DNA of 64,000 bases from a bacterium (GTDB lineage Bacteria; Patescibacteriota; Andersenbacteria; UBA10190), in contig JBDRMS010000006.1 in assembly GCA_043811915.1 (NCBI GenBank), positions 22,870 through 86,869 on the forward strand. Direction: 5' to 3'. The notes under the pieces were generated by a model that was not told where the DNA came from, did not search any database, and saw only the letters and a program-made list of their open reading frames with translations. Both the position numbers and the translations under genes were made by a program. Shown here in pieces: positions 48,808 to 58,183 of the stretch (positions within the stretch are counted from its first letter, which is position 1; each line of letters begins with the position of its first letter).

Positions 48808-49731
48808 CTACCGTTTGAGTTCTTGCTCGAGGATGGCTTCGACGTTGAGGCCGCGCACCACGTTGTTACCTGATAACAACTGTGTCATCTGCTCGTCCAC
48901 TTCTGCCAGAATCGTTTCAATTTCCTGAACATCAGACTCTGACAGCTCCGTCCCTGCCAAGCCCTCGCGACGTTTCAAGCGACGTTCCGCCGACTCCAGT
49001 TGGCTGATCATGACAGTGTAACTGGCGTGCCTTTCTTCTGCCTCGCTAATTTGCTGTACCAGCTCGGTCAGCTCATTGGCCAGAGGCCGGGCGGAGGCCA
49101 GAGGCCGGGCGGAAGGAGAGCGTTGCAGGTCTGATGCCGACTTAACGCCCAAGAAACGTAGACCGCTAACGAGATTACTGCGGTCTTTCTTAAATCTCTC
49201 CAGACGGGACACTATGTTCTCGTCTTTCTGGCGGATTTCGGCCAGACGAGCATCAAGACGACCGGAAGATTGAGCGATATTGTTGTTTGGTGACTGTAGT
49301 GGAGTGTAGCGTCCCTCGAGCCGTTTAATGATAGTCTCATCTCTGTGATGACCTTCAGAACGGACTAGCAAGAGTTCACCGGAGGGCAATATTTCTTTAG
49401 AGAAACAATGTGAATAGAAACTATCATAGCTGCCCGGCTCGAGATGCACCCCCAAGTTCTTAACGCGGACCGAAATACCTGATCTCGTGGTTGAGTAGGT
49501 TGTTCTGTAAGTGTCGGAGCCAGCGGTGACAATCAGATGTCCCCCCGCGGTGAAATCTAAAACAGTTGATGAGTCGCCCGTTTTTTTCCATTGTCTGCAG
49601 AGAACGTCCCGTCGCCCTTCTATGTCGGGATCATCGTAGACACCGAGCAGATAACCACAGATGGCAAGGTAGGGTGCTGAAATTATAAATATCCTAAACC
49701 ATCTTTTCTCGAGCCAATCCAACCAACTCAT
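48808..49731 (-). CDS. Hypothetical membrane protein with lipocalin-like beta domain and C-terminal coiled coil
   Basis: TM, L...WK...LDF..GG pattern, coiled coil; SARPLA duplication. Confidence 0.6.
   Translation of the reverse strand: MSWLDWLEKRWFRIFIISAPYLAICGYLLGVYDDPDIEGRRDVLCRQWKKTGDSSTVLDFTAGGHLIVTAGSDTYRTTYSTTRSGISVRVKNLGVHLEPGSYDSFYSHCFSKEILPSGELLLVRSEGHHRDETIIKRLEGRYTPLQSPNNNIAQSSGRLDARLAEIRQKDENIVSRLERFKKDRSNLVSGLRFLGVKSASDLQRSPSARPLASARPLANELTELVQQISEAEERHASYTVMISQLESAERRLKRREGLAGTELSESDVQEIETILAEVDEQMTQLLSGNNVVRGLNVEAILEQELKR
49078..49113. repeat. 18-bp perfect tandem duplication (in frame)
   Basis: GGCCAGAGGCCGGGCGGA x2. Confidence 0.9.
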
Positions 49732-50025
49732 TTTTATGTCTCCAGTTTGAGGTAGGCGGTGGAAAAAACGTGTTTGTTACGTTCTCATATTCAATTGTGA
49801 AGAGAACAACACGGACGAAACGACTATTCATTTAAGCACGAATAAAGATGCTCTGTCAAGGTCTTTATTATGTCTAAGCGCTGGGGGCTTGCTTGAGCTT
49901 GTTAAGGCTTCTAGTGGCATTTCTAAAGCTAAGGTTTAGAAATGCGTCTAGGCGGCGTGTGGAGGTTGTATTTTGCGATTGACTTGTTGGCGAAAGAGTA
50001 ATAAAAAGAGGGGTGTTGTTCTTTT

Positions 50026-50118
50026 GGGGACGTAGATCAATTGGGAGATCACTCCAGCTGGCCGCAAATGTGCACTATGCGGCAGGAGAGGTTAGGGGTT
50101 CGATTCCCTTCGTCTCCA
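50026..50118 (+). tRNA. tRNA-Ala-like gene with 20-nt enlarged anticodon arm
   Basis: Acceptor GGGGACG/CGTCTCC-A with G3:U70; D stem GATC/GATC; T arm AGGGG-TTCGATT-CCCTT; anticodon arm 37 nt. Confidence 0.75.
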
Positions 50119-50187
50119 TTTCCCCTGCGGGGGATTTTTTCTTGCTTGATACTGAAGTGAAAGTAGAGTATTAATGAAAGTATTACT

Positions 50188-50769
50188 ATGATTGAAAGGA
50201 CTTTAGTCATCGTGAAGCCGGACGGGGTGCAGCGCGGTTTGCTGGGAGAAATAATCGGTCGTTTTGAAAGGGCCGGTTTGAAGGTTGTGGGCATGAAAAT
50301 GGTGTGGCCCAACGAAGAGCTAGTAGGCCGGCATTATACTGGTGATGAGGAATACTTAGAGAGTGTGGGGGAGAAGGCGCTCGCCAGTGCCAGGGAGAGG
50401 GGAGCGGAGTTGAAGGAAACGGCGCTGGAAATTGGCCGGCGGGTAAGAGAGACCAACATGAAATATATTTCAACCGGCCCGGTACTGGCTTTTGTGTTGG
50501 AGGGGAATACGGCGGTGCAGACGGTGCGCAACATGATCGGTGGCACAAACCCGCTAAGTGCGGATATCGGTACAATCCGGGGCGACCTGACGATTGATGA
50601 CTTTACTCAAGCGGACAGCGAGGAAAGATCAGTGCGGAACCTGATGCATGCTTCAGGAGATTTGGCAGAGGCCGAGCGGGAGATAAAACTTTGGTTTGAA
50701 GAGAGTGAGTTGCATAATTACCAGACGGTGATGGATAAAGTGTTGCACGATCCAAGTTGGGGCAAATGA
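50188..50769 (+). CDS. ndk: Nucleoside diphosphate kinase
   Basis: ERTLVIVKPDGVQRGL, GTIRGD, N..HAS. Confidence 0.95.
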   Translation: MIERTLVIVKPDGVQRGLLGEIIGRFERAGLKVVGMKMVWPNEELVGRHYTGDEEYLESVGEKALASARERGAELKETALEIGRRVRETNMKYISTGPVLAFVLEGNTAVQTVRNMIGGTNPLSADIGTIRGDLTIDDFTQADSEERSVRNLMHASGDLAEAEREIKLWFEESELHNYQTVMDKVLHDPSWGK

Positions 50770-52160
50770 GAAAAATAGGGCTGGCGGAGTATGGTCTGAT
50801 GTTTGCGCTGGGGGTGTTTGTGTTGTTGAAAATTATATATTCTTTTCCCCGCTTCTCTGACGGTAATGCTTATATGTACATGGCGAAGCTGGTAGCAGGC
50901 GGGGCTGTCCCCTATCGGGATTTTTTTCTGGCTTCCCCGCCGTTGATTGTCTACGTTTTTGCTCTATTCGGTAAAATATTTGGCTTTAGCTGGAGAACAT
51001 TTAATTACTTGCCAGTATCTTTTTCAGTCGTTGATGGCCTGGTTATTTACACGTTATTTCGAAATGTTTTTGGTAAGCTGGCCAGGCTATCGGCAGTGAT
51101 AGTGTACTTGTTTTCTTTTACAGTACTGTCCACGACAGATTTTTATAGCGGTATTCATTTGGCACTGACACTGGCACTACTGGGAGTTTTGGCTATGGTA
51201 CGCCGCTGGCCGCTGTTGGCCGGGCTGCTGTTTAGTTTAGCGGTATTGGGGAAGCTATACATGATTGTTATTATTGGCGCGTTGGTAGTATACATGTTGT
51301 TCAGACAAAAGTGGCTGGAGACGCTGAAAATACTAATAGGTTTTGTGGCGGTGACAGGAGTGGTGTATCTAATCTTTTGGGCCTTGGCTGGCTCGCAGTT
51401 TTGGAATGATATCTTTTTGAATCATTTGGACAAGGTGGAGGGAATACCCAAGGGACGGGTGATAAAGTTTTTTGTACTGCACGATTGGTGGTTGTTGCTG
51501 GCAGTACCGCTCTCTCTTTACTGGCGGCGGTGGATGTTGGGATTGATAGCGCTGCCGATTATATTTTGGGGCATCTTTTTAATGGTGTTTCCGAATATAT
51601 ATTATGTACACTTCAAGTTATTGGTGGTGTGGCTGGCGTTGCTATGGGGTTGGAACATAATGCAGATGTGGAAGCGATGGCCGGGGCTGAGAACAGCAAC
51701 AGTCGCAGTGTTGCTACTGGCGGCAATTGCAGGGACGGGTGTGTGGCAGTGGCGGGGACAACAAGCAGAAGCGGCGGTGATTACAGATGTGGGTGACATG
51801 GTAAAGTCGATTGCCAGGCTGACAGAAGGAGAAAAGCCTGTTTATGGCGACTATACCCTGGTTCCTCTGCTGGCACTGGAGGCAAACCGGCCTATATTTG
51901 GAGATTACATTGATGTGAACCCGATGTATTTTGATGCGGGCATATTTGATTACGCCAGGCGGGGGGAGGAACTCAAGGAAGCAGGAGTAAATACAATCAT
52001 CACTAAAGGTTTGGTGAATGAGAGTGGCCGCCTGCTAACGGGGCCGGAGACGGTTTTGCCGTTGGATTTTTTTAGTAAATACTGTCGGATGGCGCGGACT
52101 TGGCCGATTGCGAGAGACTATTCGCACAATGCGGTGATAATCTGGCGGTGTGAATATTAG
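50766..52160 (+). CDS. GT-C fold membrane glycosyltransferase (family 39/87-like)
   Basis: D...Y.Y.A...GAVPYRDFF..PP, many TMs. Confidence 0.7.
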   Translation: MRKIGLAEYGLMFALGVFVLLKIIYSFPRFSDGNAYMYMAKLVAGGAVPYRDFFLASPPLIVYVFALFGKIFGFSWRTFNYLPVSFSVVDGLVIYTLFRNVFGKLARLSAVIVYLFSFTVLSTTDFYSGIHLALTLALLGVLAMVRRWPLLAGLLFSLAVLGKLYMIVIIGALVVYMLFRQKWLETLKILIGFVAVTGVVYLIFWALAGSQFWNDIFLNHLDKVEGIPKGRVIKFFVLHDWWLLLAVPLSLYWRRWMLGLIALPIIFWGIFLMVFPNIYYVHFKLLVVWLALLWGWNIMQMWKRWPGLRTATVAVLLLAAIAGTGVWQWRGQQAEAAVITDVGDMVKSIARLTEGEKPVYGDYTLVPLLALEANRPIFGDYIDVNPMYFDAGIFDYARRGEELKEAGVNTIITKGLVNESGRLLTGPETVLPLDFFSKYCRMARTWPIARDYSHNAVIIWRCEY

Positions 52161-52774
52161 GGAATAAAGGGCACAAAGACGAAGCCGGGGAACTCCTCTT
52201 TGGTGAAACCGTCTTTTTCTTTAATGATGAGTACCAGGCTGTGGCCGACGGGGGCGACCAGGCGGCCGTTGGTTTTTAATTGATCCAGCCAGGCCGAAGA
52301 AACTTCTTTAAGGGCGGCGGCGGCGATTATTTTGTCAAACGGTCCTTGAGCGGGCAGGCCGTCGGCGGCGCTTTGACATTGCATTTGGACGATACCCTTT
52401 TTGATAAAGTTATATTTGGAGATGTTGGTAATGCTTTGTCTGTGCAGTTCGAGTACTAATTCCAAGCCATATATTTTGCCTTGAGGACCGACGATATGGG
52501 CCAGGAGCGCTGTTTGCCAGCCAGAACCGGAGCCGATGTCCAGAATTTTTTCGCCGGGGGCAGGTTGCAACAGTTCCAGCATGAAAGCTACGGTCAGGGG
52601 TTGGGAGATGGTTTGACTGTGGCCCAGGGGCAGAGGGGCATTGATGTAGGCCTGGCCCTTCAGGTTTGTTGGAACAAAGTCGGCGCGGTCGATATTTTTG
52701 AAGGACTTAATTATGCGTGGACTCTTTAGTATTCCTTTGGTGATGAGTTGTTCAACTAATTGCTGGCTAGACAT
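52157..52774 (-). CDS. pcm: Protein-L-isoaspartate O-methyltransferase
   Basis: QTISQP, LDIGSGSGW, PFDKI, FVP; likely ATG at 52774. Confidence 0.92.
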   Translation of the reverse strand: MSSQQLVEQLITKGILKSPRIIKSFKNIDRADFVPTNLKGQAYINAPLPLGHSQTISQPLTVAFMLELLQPAPGEKILDIGSGSGWQTALLAHIVGPQGKIYGLELVLELHRQSITNISKYNFIKKGIVQMQCQSAADGLPAQGPFDKIIAAAALKEVSSAWLDQLKTNGRLVAPVGHSLVLIIKEKDGFTKEEFPGFVFVPFIP

Positions 52775-52860
52775 GTATTGTAATATTGATAAATTTACGG
52801 TAACTTGCAAATTCTGCGAGAGGGTGGTTTGTTCGTTGACAATTTATTAACGCCTGTTAA

Positions 52861-54816
52861 GTGGAGAAAAGAGAGATGATAGCTCAAGGCCTGGAGAGAG
52901 TGGAAGTTATTCTGATTAAACTGACGCATTATGATGACGATGGCTTTCCTTACTGCTATGCCAGGGGAGTGCAGCCGCCTAATACATTGGCGGTGATGGA
53001 AAATCTTGTGAGCCAGGCAATGATGCACATTCTGCCGGCAGAGGTGTCCTGTCGCGTGAGAGTGTTTGATGAAAGTGTGTGGCGTGATCTGCGTGGTCAT
53101 AAGGCGCTGGAAAGATCGCCAAAGATGTGGCAGGAAAACACTATGGTAATTGTGTGCCTGGTGGGCGTGCAGTCATCGCAGTTTCCGCGAGCGTGCGACC
53201 TGATTCTTCGGTGGCAGAGAAGAGGAGCGGTTTGTGCTATTGGTGGAGCCCATGTCAGCGGGACTATTGCCACCATGCTGGACGGGATCAAAGACAAGGA
53301 TCGTCCGGATGTGCCGTGTCCTCACATTATGCCGCCGGAGCTGAATGCGTTAATGGCAAGTGGCGTGACGGTGTTCGAGGGCGAGGCGGAGCCGCACGCT
53401 GATGGCAGCAGCGTTTTGCAGCAAATGTTGGCTGATATGACACATGGCAGGCAGCTGGGCTTGTATCGTGGCGGGCGGCCGGATTTGACAAGTGCTGGTC
53501 TGCCGATGGTTTCACCCGATCGTTTCGGTGGATACGTGACGTGCACTGACACTGTTGGTCTCGGCCGTGGTTGTCCGCACAAATGTAGTTTTTGCTGCGT
53601 GATTAACTTTCAGGGAAGGAAGATTCGCAGTCGGGAACCCAATGTTGTTTTGGCTTATGTCAGGGAGGTATGTGAACGGGAAGGAAGAATATTGTTCTTT
53701 CTATACGATGACAACTTTGGGTGTAACCCGAGACGCGAGCAGTTGCTGGGCGGCTTAACTGCTTTGAGGAATCAGGGATTTAACATCCGGTTTATGGTTC
53801 AGATAGATTCCAGAGCATTGGGGAGAACGGGGTTTATTGAGAAGCTGGCTGCAGCAGGATGCGGACAAATATTTGTAGGTATCGAATCGCTGGATGATGG
53901 AAATCTTGCCGCGGCTGGCAAAGGGCATAACCGTAGAGCTGACTATGAAGCTATCTTTGTCAGGTGTCACAGATATGGCATCATCGTTCATGCTTCCATG
54001 ATGGTTGGTATGCAGCATGATACACCAGAGTCGGTGTCGGCAGAGATGGATCGATTGGCCGAGCTGGGCGCCGATGTGATGAGCCTGTATATATGTATGC
54101 CGGTGCCGGGCAGTGAGGACCATGTGCGTTTGTACTGTGAAGGCGGCCTTGGGGAAGTTGATTTAAATGCCATGGGTGGATATATCCCCACAGTTGATCA
54201 TCCCCTCATGTCGCGCGAGGAGCTGGTGCAGTTGTATCGGAAATCGTGGTTGCAGTTTCATCGTGTTCGCAACATGGTTGCCGCCTTAAAGCGATTCAGC
54301 AATCGGGAGGACCGCTGGCGCTTACTGCGTGTGTATATGTGGTATCGCTGGGCCATGAAGGTAGAGCATACTCACGCCATGAACGCCGGGCTTTATCGGG
54401 TGAGACCGTACTTTGAGCGGCGGCCGATTAGTCCTAAATTGTCGTTTGCTCTCTACTTGCTGCAGGAAGCGTGGCGCCATATGCGATACCTGGGCCTGTT
54501 TCTGGCGGAGTTCTATGTTTTCCAGCACGTGTATCTGGAGACAGAGTTCGCGCCGAAGCTGGCCGAACAGCGGGGTAAGGTGATCGACCGGGTGAGTGGA
54601 TTCCGCGACTGGTGGCGCCTGACGTTCGGCGACATCATGACCCGCGCCTGGCTCAACAACTTCTGGAAAAATTATGGGCGCAACCGCTGGAAGCTACTCG
54701 TGCCATGGCATTGGTGGAAACACCTGGTGGCTGTCCCGCACGCTTTTTCCGAGATAGTCTATACTATCCGGGTCGCGGCGTTGTTTCGGCGGCTCTTCAA
54801 AATGGCGAATTTGTGA
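52861..54816 (+). CDS. B12-binding-domain radical SAM enzyme
   Basis: GG.H.S and GEAE in the N-terminal domain, RGCPHKCSFC, DDNF, GIES. Confidence 0.85.
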   Translation: MEKREMIAQGLERVEVILIKLTHYDDDGFPYCYARGVQPPNTLAVMENLVSQAMMHILPAEVSCRVRVFDESVWRDLRGHKALERSPKMWQENTMVIVCLVGVQSSQFPRACDLILRWQRRGAVCAIGGAHVSGTIATMLDGIKDKDRPDVPCPHIMPPELNALMASGVTVFEGEAEPHADGSSVLQQMLADMTHGRQLGLYRGGRPDLTSAGLPMVSPDRFGGYVTCTDTVGLGRGCPHKCSFCCVINFQGRKIRSREPNVVLAYVREVCEREGRILFFLYDDNFGCNPRREQLLGGLTALRNQGFNIRFMVQIDSRALGRTGFIEKLAAAGCGQIFVGIESLDDGNLAAAGKGHNRRADYEAIFVRCHRYGIIVHASMMVGMQHDTPESVSAEMDRLAELGADVMSLYICMPVPGSEDHVRLYCEGGLGEVDLNAMGGYIPTVDHPLMSREELVQLYRKSWLQFHRVRNMVAALKRFSNREDRWRLLRVYMWYRWAMKVEHTHAMNAGLYRVRPYFERRPISPKLSFALYLLQEAWRHMRYLGLFLAEFYVFQHVYLETEFAPKLAEQRGKVIDRVSGFRDWWRLTFGDIMTRAWLNNFWKNYGRNRWKLLVPWHWWKHLVAVPHAFSEIVYTIRVAALFRRLFKMANL

Positions 54817-54825
54817 GGTACTTTC

Positions 54826-54852
54826 AACCTGCCGGGGACGGCAGGTTTTTTT
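54826..54852 (+). terminator. Rho-independent terminator
   Basis: AACCTGCCG-GGGA-CGGCAGGTT followed by a T run. Confidence 0.75.
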
Positions 54853-54902
54853 GTAGGCTTGGCGTAGGCGGGTATTTGTGCAACGATTGGGGCGGAGTAG
54901 AA

Positions 54903-54973
54903 CGGGGTGTAGTATAGTGGTAGTACGCAAGGCTGGGGGTCTTGTAGTCCGGGTCCGATTCCCGGCACCCCGA
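54903..54973 (+). tRNA. tRNA-Pro(GGG)
   Basis: CGGGGTG/CACCCCG-A; anticodon arm CAAGG-CTGGGGG-TCTTG; T arm CCGGG-TCCGATT-CCCGG. Confidence 0.88.
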
Positions 54974-54981
54974 CAGATGAT

Positions 54982-55170
54982 TTATGCAACTTTCTTGGTG
55001 GCGGTTTTGATGCACTTGACGCAGGCTAATATAGTACTGCCCTGGTAAGTGGTTTTTTGCAGGTTGGGTTTGAATGATCGCTTGGCGGTGATGTTGCGGT
55101 GGCCACGCAGAAGTTTCCGGTGGTGACCGATCGATTTAATTTTTCCGCAAATTGCGCAGCTTCTTGCCAT
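54982..55170 (-). CDS. rpmB: 50S ribosomal protein L28
   Basis: MARSCAICGK...R.FKPNLQ...CVKCIK. Confidence 0.9.
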   Translation of the reverse strand: MARSCAICGKIKSIGHHRKLLRGHRNITAKRSFKPNLQKTTYQGSTILACVKCIKTATKKVA

Positions 55171-55344
55171 GGGAAGAAGAATAAAGAAAAAGAGAAAAAT
55201 AAGCAATAGCTTGTAGTAACTGCTCGCTTAAGTTGAAAGCACCCGTCATGGGAGCATCTAACCCGCTCATTTTAACCGTCGTTTATATAAAAAAGAGCTC
55301 GGAGCATAAGCTTCGAGCTAAAGTGCCAGAAGAAATCAGACGTG

Positions 55345-55578
55345 TCACTTTAAGGCAACCTTCTTTCGCTTCAGCAACTTCGCTGCCTCTTCAAGATTGT
55401 CCTCATACCTCGCTTCTTCCAGAGCCTGACCGATGGTATTGCCTGGCTTCAGATTCTTTTTGGCTATCAAAAGCAAGGCAACCGTGTAGAGCTCTGGGTC
55501 TTCCGCGAAGAATTCTTCAGCTTCCAGTTTTAGGGCAATCTGCTCCACGATAGGGTAAACCACGTCATTCAGTTTCAT
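55345..55578 (-). CDS. Small hypothetical protein
   Basis: 77 aa with AAGGAG SD; terminator-like hairpin downstream. Confidence 0.6.
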   Translation of the reverse strand: MKLNDVVYPIVEQIALKLEAEEFFAEDPELYTVALLLIAKKNLKPGNTIGQALEEARYEDNLEEAAKLLKRKKVALK

Positions 55579-55630
55579 AGCGGCTCTCCTTGTTGGTTAG
55601 GGTACTACAGATACCATAACAAATTAGGGG

Positions 55631-56392
55631 CTACTTGCCAGGTTTAAGCACATTGATGCCAGCGTTAAAGAAACTGGTTACCCAAATTTCATCCTCTCTT
55701 CTGCCAACCTCGGCCACCCTCCTCCAGAATCGCCTGGTCAGGTAACCGAAAGTAAACAATACACAGTCATCAAACCACTTCAATATTTCGGTGGCTATGG
55801 TTGGGTAATTGTTATTGATGTAGACGAGCTCCTGTTCTGAAAAAGAAGGGTGCCCGATAACAAACTGCTGTATTTGTGTTTTGCCATAGGGAGGTAGTGC
55901 TACCCGGTGGTAGTAGTTCATCAACAGCCAAGAGGTTATCCCCTGGACAATGCGTTCAGCCCCTTTCTCCCTGGCGATTTCCAGTTCACTTTCAAAACGG
56001 AAGACGACTCGGACGACTTGAGTAAGCTCATCTTGAAGCTCGCCGACTTCAGTGTTGAGAAATGCCCCTTCCACACTGTATGAAGACCAGCCGAAGAAGG
56101 GATTCTTATACATCTCAACTCGCTTTTTGATGTCCTCTGCGCCCATGGTTTCCGTTCTTCTGCCGGCGTATCGCTGGGGGTCAAGCACGTAGGGATAGGC
56201 GGCCAACTCTTCGAGCAGTTCACGGGCATACATTGAAAGATACTTCTTGACCTTTATTCCCTCAATTCCATCTTGTAGTGCTTTAACGATCTCGGATTGA
56301 TACACAATCCTCTTAGGAAAGTAGAACTCGGCAAACAGTCCCGGATGCCGGAGAGTGTACAAATAGGTGCGAGCTACCCTGACTGGAGACAT
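55631..56392 (-). CDS. Hypothetical protein
   Basis: Long ORF; motifs GWS.Y.VEGAF, E.TQVVR..F, EDEIWVT; likely start 56392. Confidence 0.65.
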   Translation of the reverse strand: MSPVRVARTYLYTLRHPGLFAEFYFPKRIVYQSEIVKALQDGIEGIKVKKYLSMYARELLEELAAYPYVLDPQRYAGRRTETMGAEDIKKRVEMYKNPFFGWSSYSVEGAFLNTEVGELQDELTQVVRVVFRFESELEIAREKGAERIVQGITSWLLMNYYHRVALPPYGKTQIQQFVIGHPSFSEQELVYINNNYPTIATEILKWFDDCVLFTFGYLTRRFWRRVAEVGRREDEIWVTSFFNAGINVLKPGK

Positions 56393-56527
56393 TGGTTTCT
56401 CCTTTGCTTTGGTAAAGAACACGAAACTACTGCCTAGACTCCTAATATATTTTGTGAGATAAGTCAAACAGTCCCGGCTCTGCTTTCTTTGCGGATAGCG
56501 AGCTGGGTTGGTAGACTAAAGGGCAGT

Positions 56528-57193
56528 ATGTTGTCTTTGGTACCAGGTTTAGTGGCGGCGCCGGCGGGGCTGCAGATCGGGGCGATGATTCTGGGATTGG
56601 CCGTGGCAATTATTTTGCATGAGGTGGCGCATGGCTACGCCGCGCTGCGGCTGGGTGATCCCACGGCCTACTACGCGGGGAGATTGTCGTTAAACCCAAT
56701 CAAGCACGTAGACCTGTGGGGGACTATTCTGATCCCCGCCTTTCTTATTTTATCGGGCACGGGTTTTGTGTTCGGCTGGGCCAAGCCGGTGCCGGTGAAC
56801 TATTATAATTTACGACATGGCAAATATGGGCCTTTGCTGGTGGCTTTGGCGGGACCGGCGACAAATTTTGTCATGCTGGCGGTGTTTGGCATGCTGGCGC
56901 GGATTTCTCCGGTTGGCACTGCCCTGCCATTTTTGTTTGTGACCATGGCGATGATTAATGGCGTGCTAATGTTGTTTAACCTCATTCCGCTGCCGCCGCT
57001 GGACGGATCGAAAGTGCTGTATGTGTTTTTAGAGAGACGGCCGGATGTTGTCCGTTGGCTGGAGAGATACAGTTTGTTTTTGCTGATTGCCGTTTTGTTG
57101 TTTGGCGGCGGGCTGCTGGCGGCGGTTGTTTTTTATCCGGCGATGGCCTTGACCCAATTCTTTGCCGGCGCGGGCGTTTTCTTTTCTAATTGA
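56528..57193 (+). CDS. Site-2 protease (M50 family)
   Basis: HEVAH, AGP..N, FNLIPLPPLDG. Confidence 0.92.
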   Translation: MLSLVPGLVAAPAGLQIGAMILGLAVAIILHEVAHGYAALRLGDPTAYYAGRLSLNPIKHVDLWGTILIPAFLILSGTGFVFGWAKPVPVNYYNLRHGKYGPLLVALAGPATNFVMLAVFGMLARISPVGTALPFLFVTMAMINGVLMLFNLIPLPPLDGSKVLYVFLERRPDVVRWLERYSLFLLIAVLLFGGGLLAAVVFYPAMALTQFFAGAGVFFSN

Positions 57194-57261
57194 TTTTTTA
57201 TTGATATTGCGTATAATCATGTCAGCGCCGCATGAGCGGTGCGTTTAGTAATCAGTAATTT

Positions 57262-57681
57262 ATGCCGACAGTGAATCAACTGGTCCGCCAGGGCCGCAGA
57301 CAGAAAACGAAGAAATCAAGGGCGCCGGCTTTGCTGCGAGGTTTTAATGTGTTGAAAAATCGCCCCGTGGAGTTCAAAAAAGGCTCACCTTTTAAAAGAG
57401 GAGTTTGTTTGCAGGTGAAAACCATGACGCCGAAAAAGCCGAACTCGGCTTTGCGCAAGGTGGCTAGGGTGCGCCTGACCAACGGGATGGAGGTAACGGC
57501 TTTTATTCCCGGGGAAGGACACAATTTACAGGAACACTCAATAGTGCTGGTGCGAGGCGGCCGGCGGAAGGATTTGCCGGGCGTGCGTTATCAAGTAGTG
57601 CGGGGAGTACTGGATACCGCCGGAGTGGAGGGTCGCACCAGGGGAAGAAGCCGATATGGCACTAAAAAACCAAAGAAATAA
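57262..57681 (+). CDS. rpsL: 30S ribosomal protein S12
   Basis: [25 protein letters not shown]. Confidence 0.98.
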   Translation: MPTVNQLVRQGRRQKTKKSRAPALLRGFNVLKNRPVEFKKGSPFKRGVCLQVKTMTPKKPNSALRKVARVRLTNGMEVTAFIPGEGHNLQEHSIVLVRGGRRKDLPGVRYQVVRGVLDTAGVEGRTRGRSRYGTKKPKK

Positions 57682-57683
57682 TA

Positions 57684-58163
57684 ATGCCTAGAAAAAAGCG
57701 CGTATATAAGAATAAAAGATATTTAAAACCGGATCCAAAGTTTGGTAATTTGTTGTTGGCTAAATTTGTCAATCATATAATGTCCAAGGGCAAGAAAAGC
57801 AAAGCACAGGGCATTGTTTATGGAGCGCTCAACATAGTTTCAGAAAAAACCAAGAATGACCCGTTGGTTGTTTTTGATATGGCTATCCGAAATGTAACGC
57901 CGGCCCTGGAAGTAAAAGGGCGGCGAGTGGGCGGGGCTAACTACCAAATTGCTCTTGAGGTGCGGGGCGAGCGCAAAGAAGCCCTGGCCATGCGCTGGTT
58001 GAAGGAAGCGGCACTGAAGCGTTCGGGTAGAGGAATGGCGGAAAAGCTGGCAGACGAGCTGATTGACGCAGCGAAGAAAGAAGGCGGGGCGATGAAGAAA
58101 AGAGAAGAAGTTCATCGTATGGCAGAGTCCAATCGGGCCTTCTCGCATTTTGCCCGCCAGTAA
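57684..58163 (+). CDS. rpsG: 30S ribosomal protein S7
   Basis: [21 protein letters not shown]. Confidence 0.97.
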   Translation: MPRKKRVYKNKRYLKPDPKFGNLLLAKFVNHIMSKGKKSKAQGIVYGALNIVSEKTKNDPLVVFDMAIRNVTPALEVKGRRVGGANYQIALEVRGERKEALAMRWLKEAALKRSGRGMAEKLADELIDAAKKEGGAMKKREEVHRMAESNRAFSHFARQ

Positions 58164-58183
58164 TCGGGGGGAGTGAAGGCGAT

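Noticed and set aside
50026-50118. tmRNA
   Set aside because: Has a paired D stem and is only 93 nt, with no tag reading frame
47863-50118. Prophage or integrative element at tRNA-Ala
   Set aside because: No integrase, phage genes or duplicated tRNA 3' end seen
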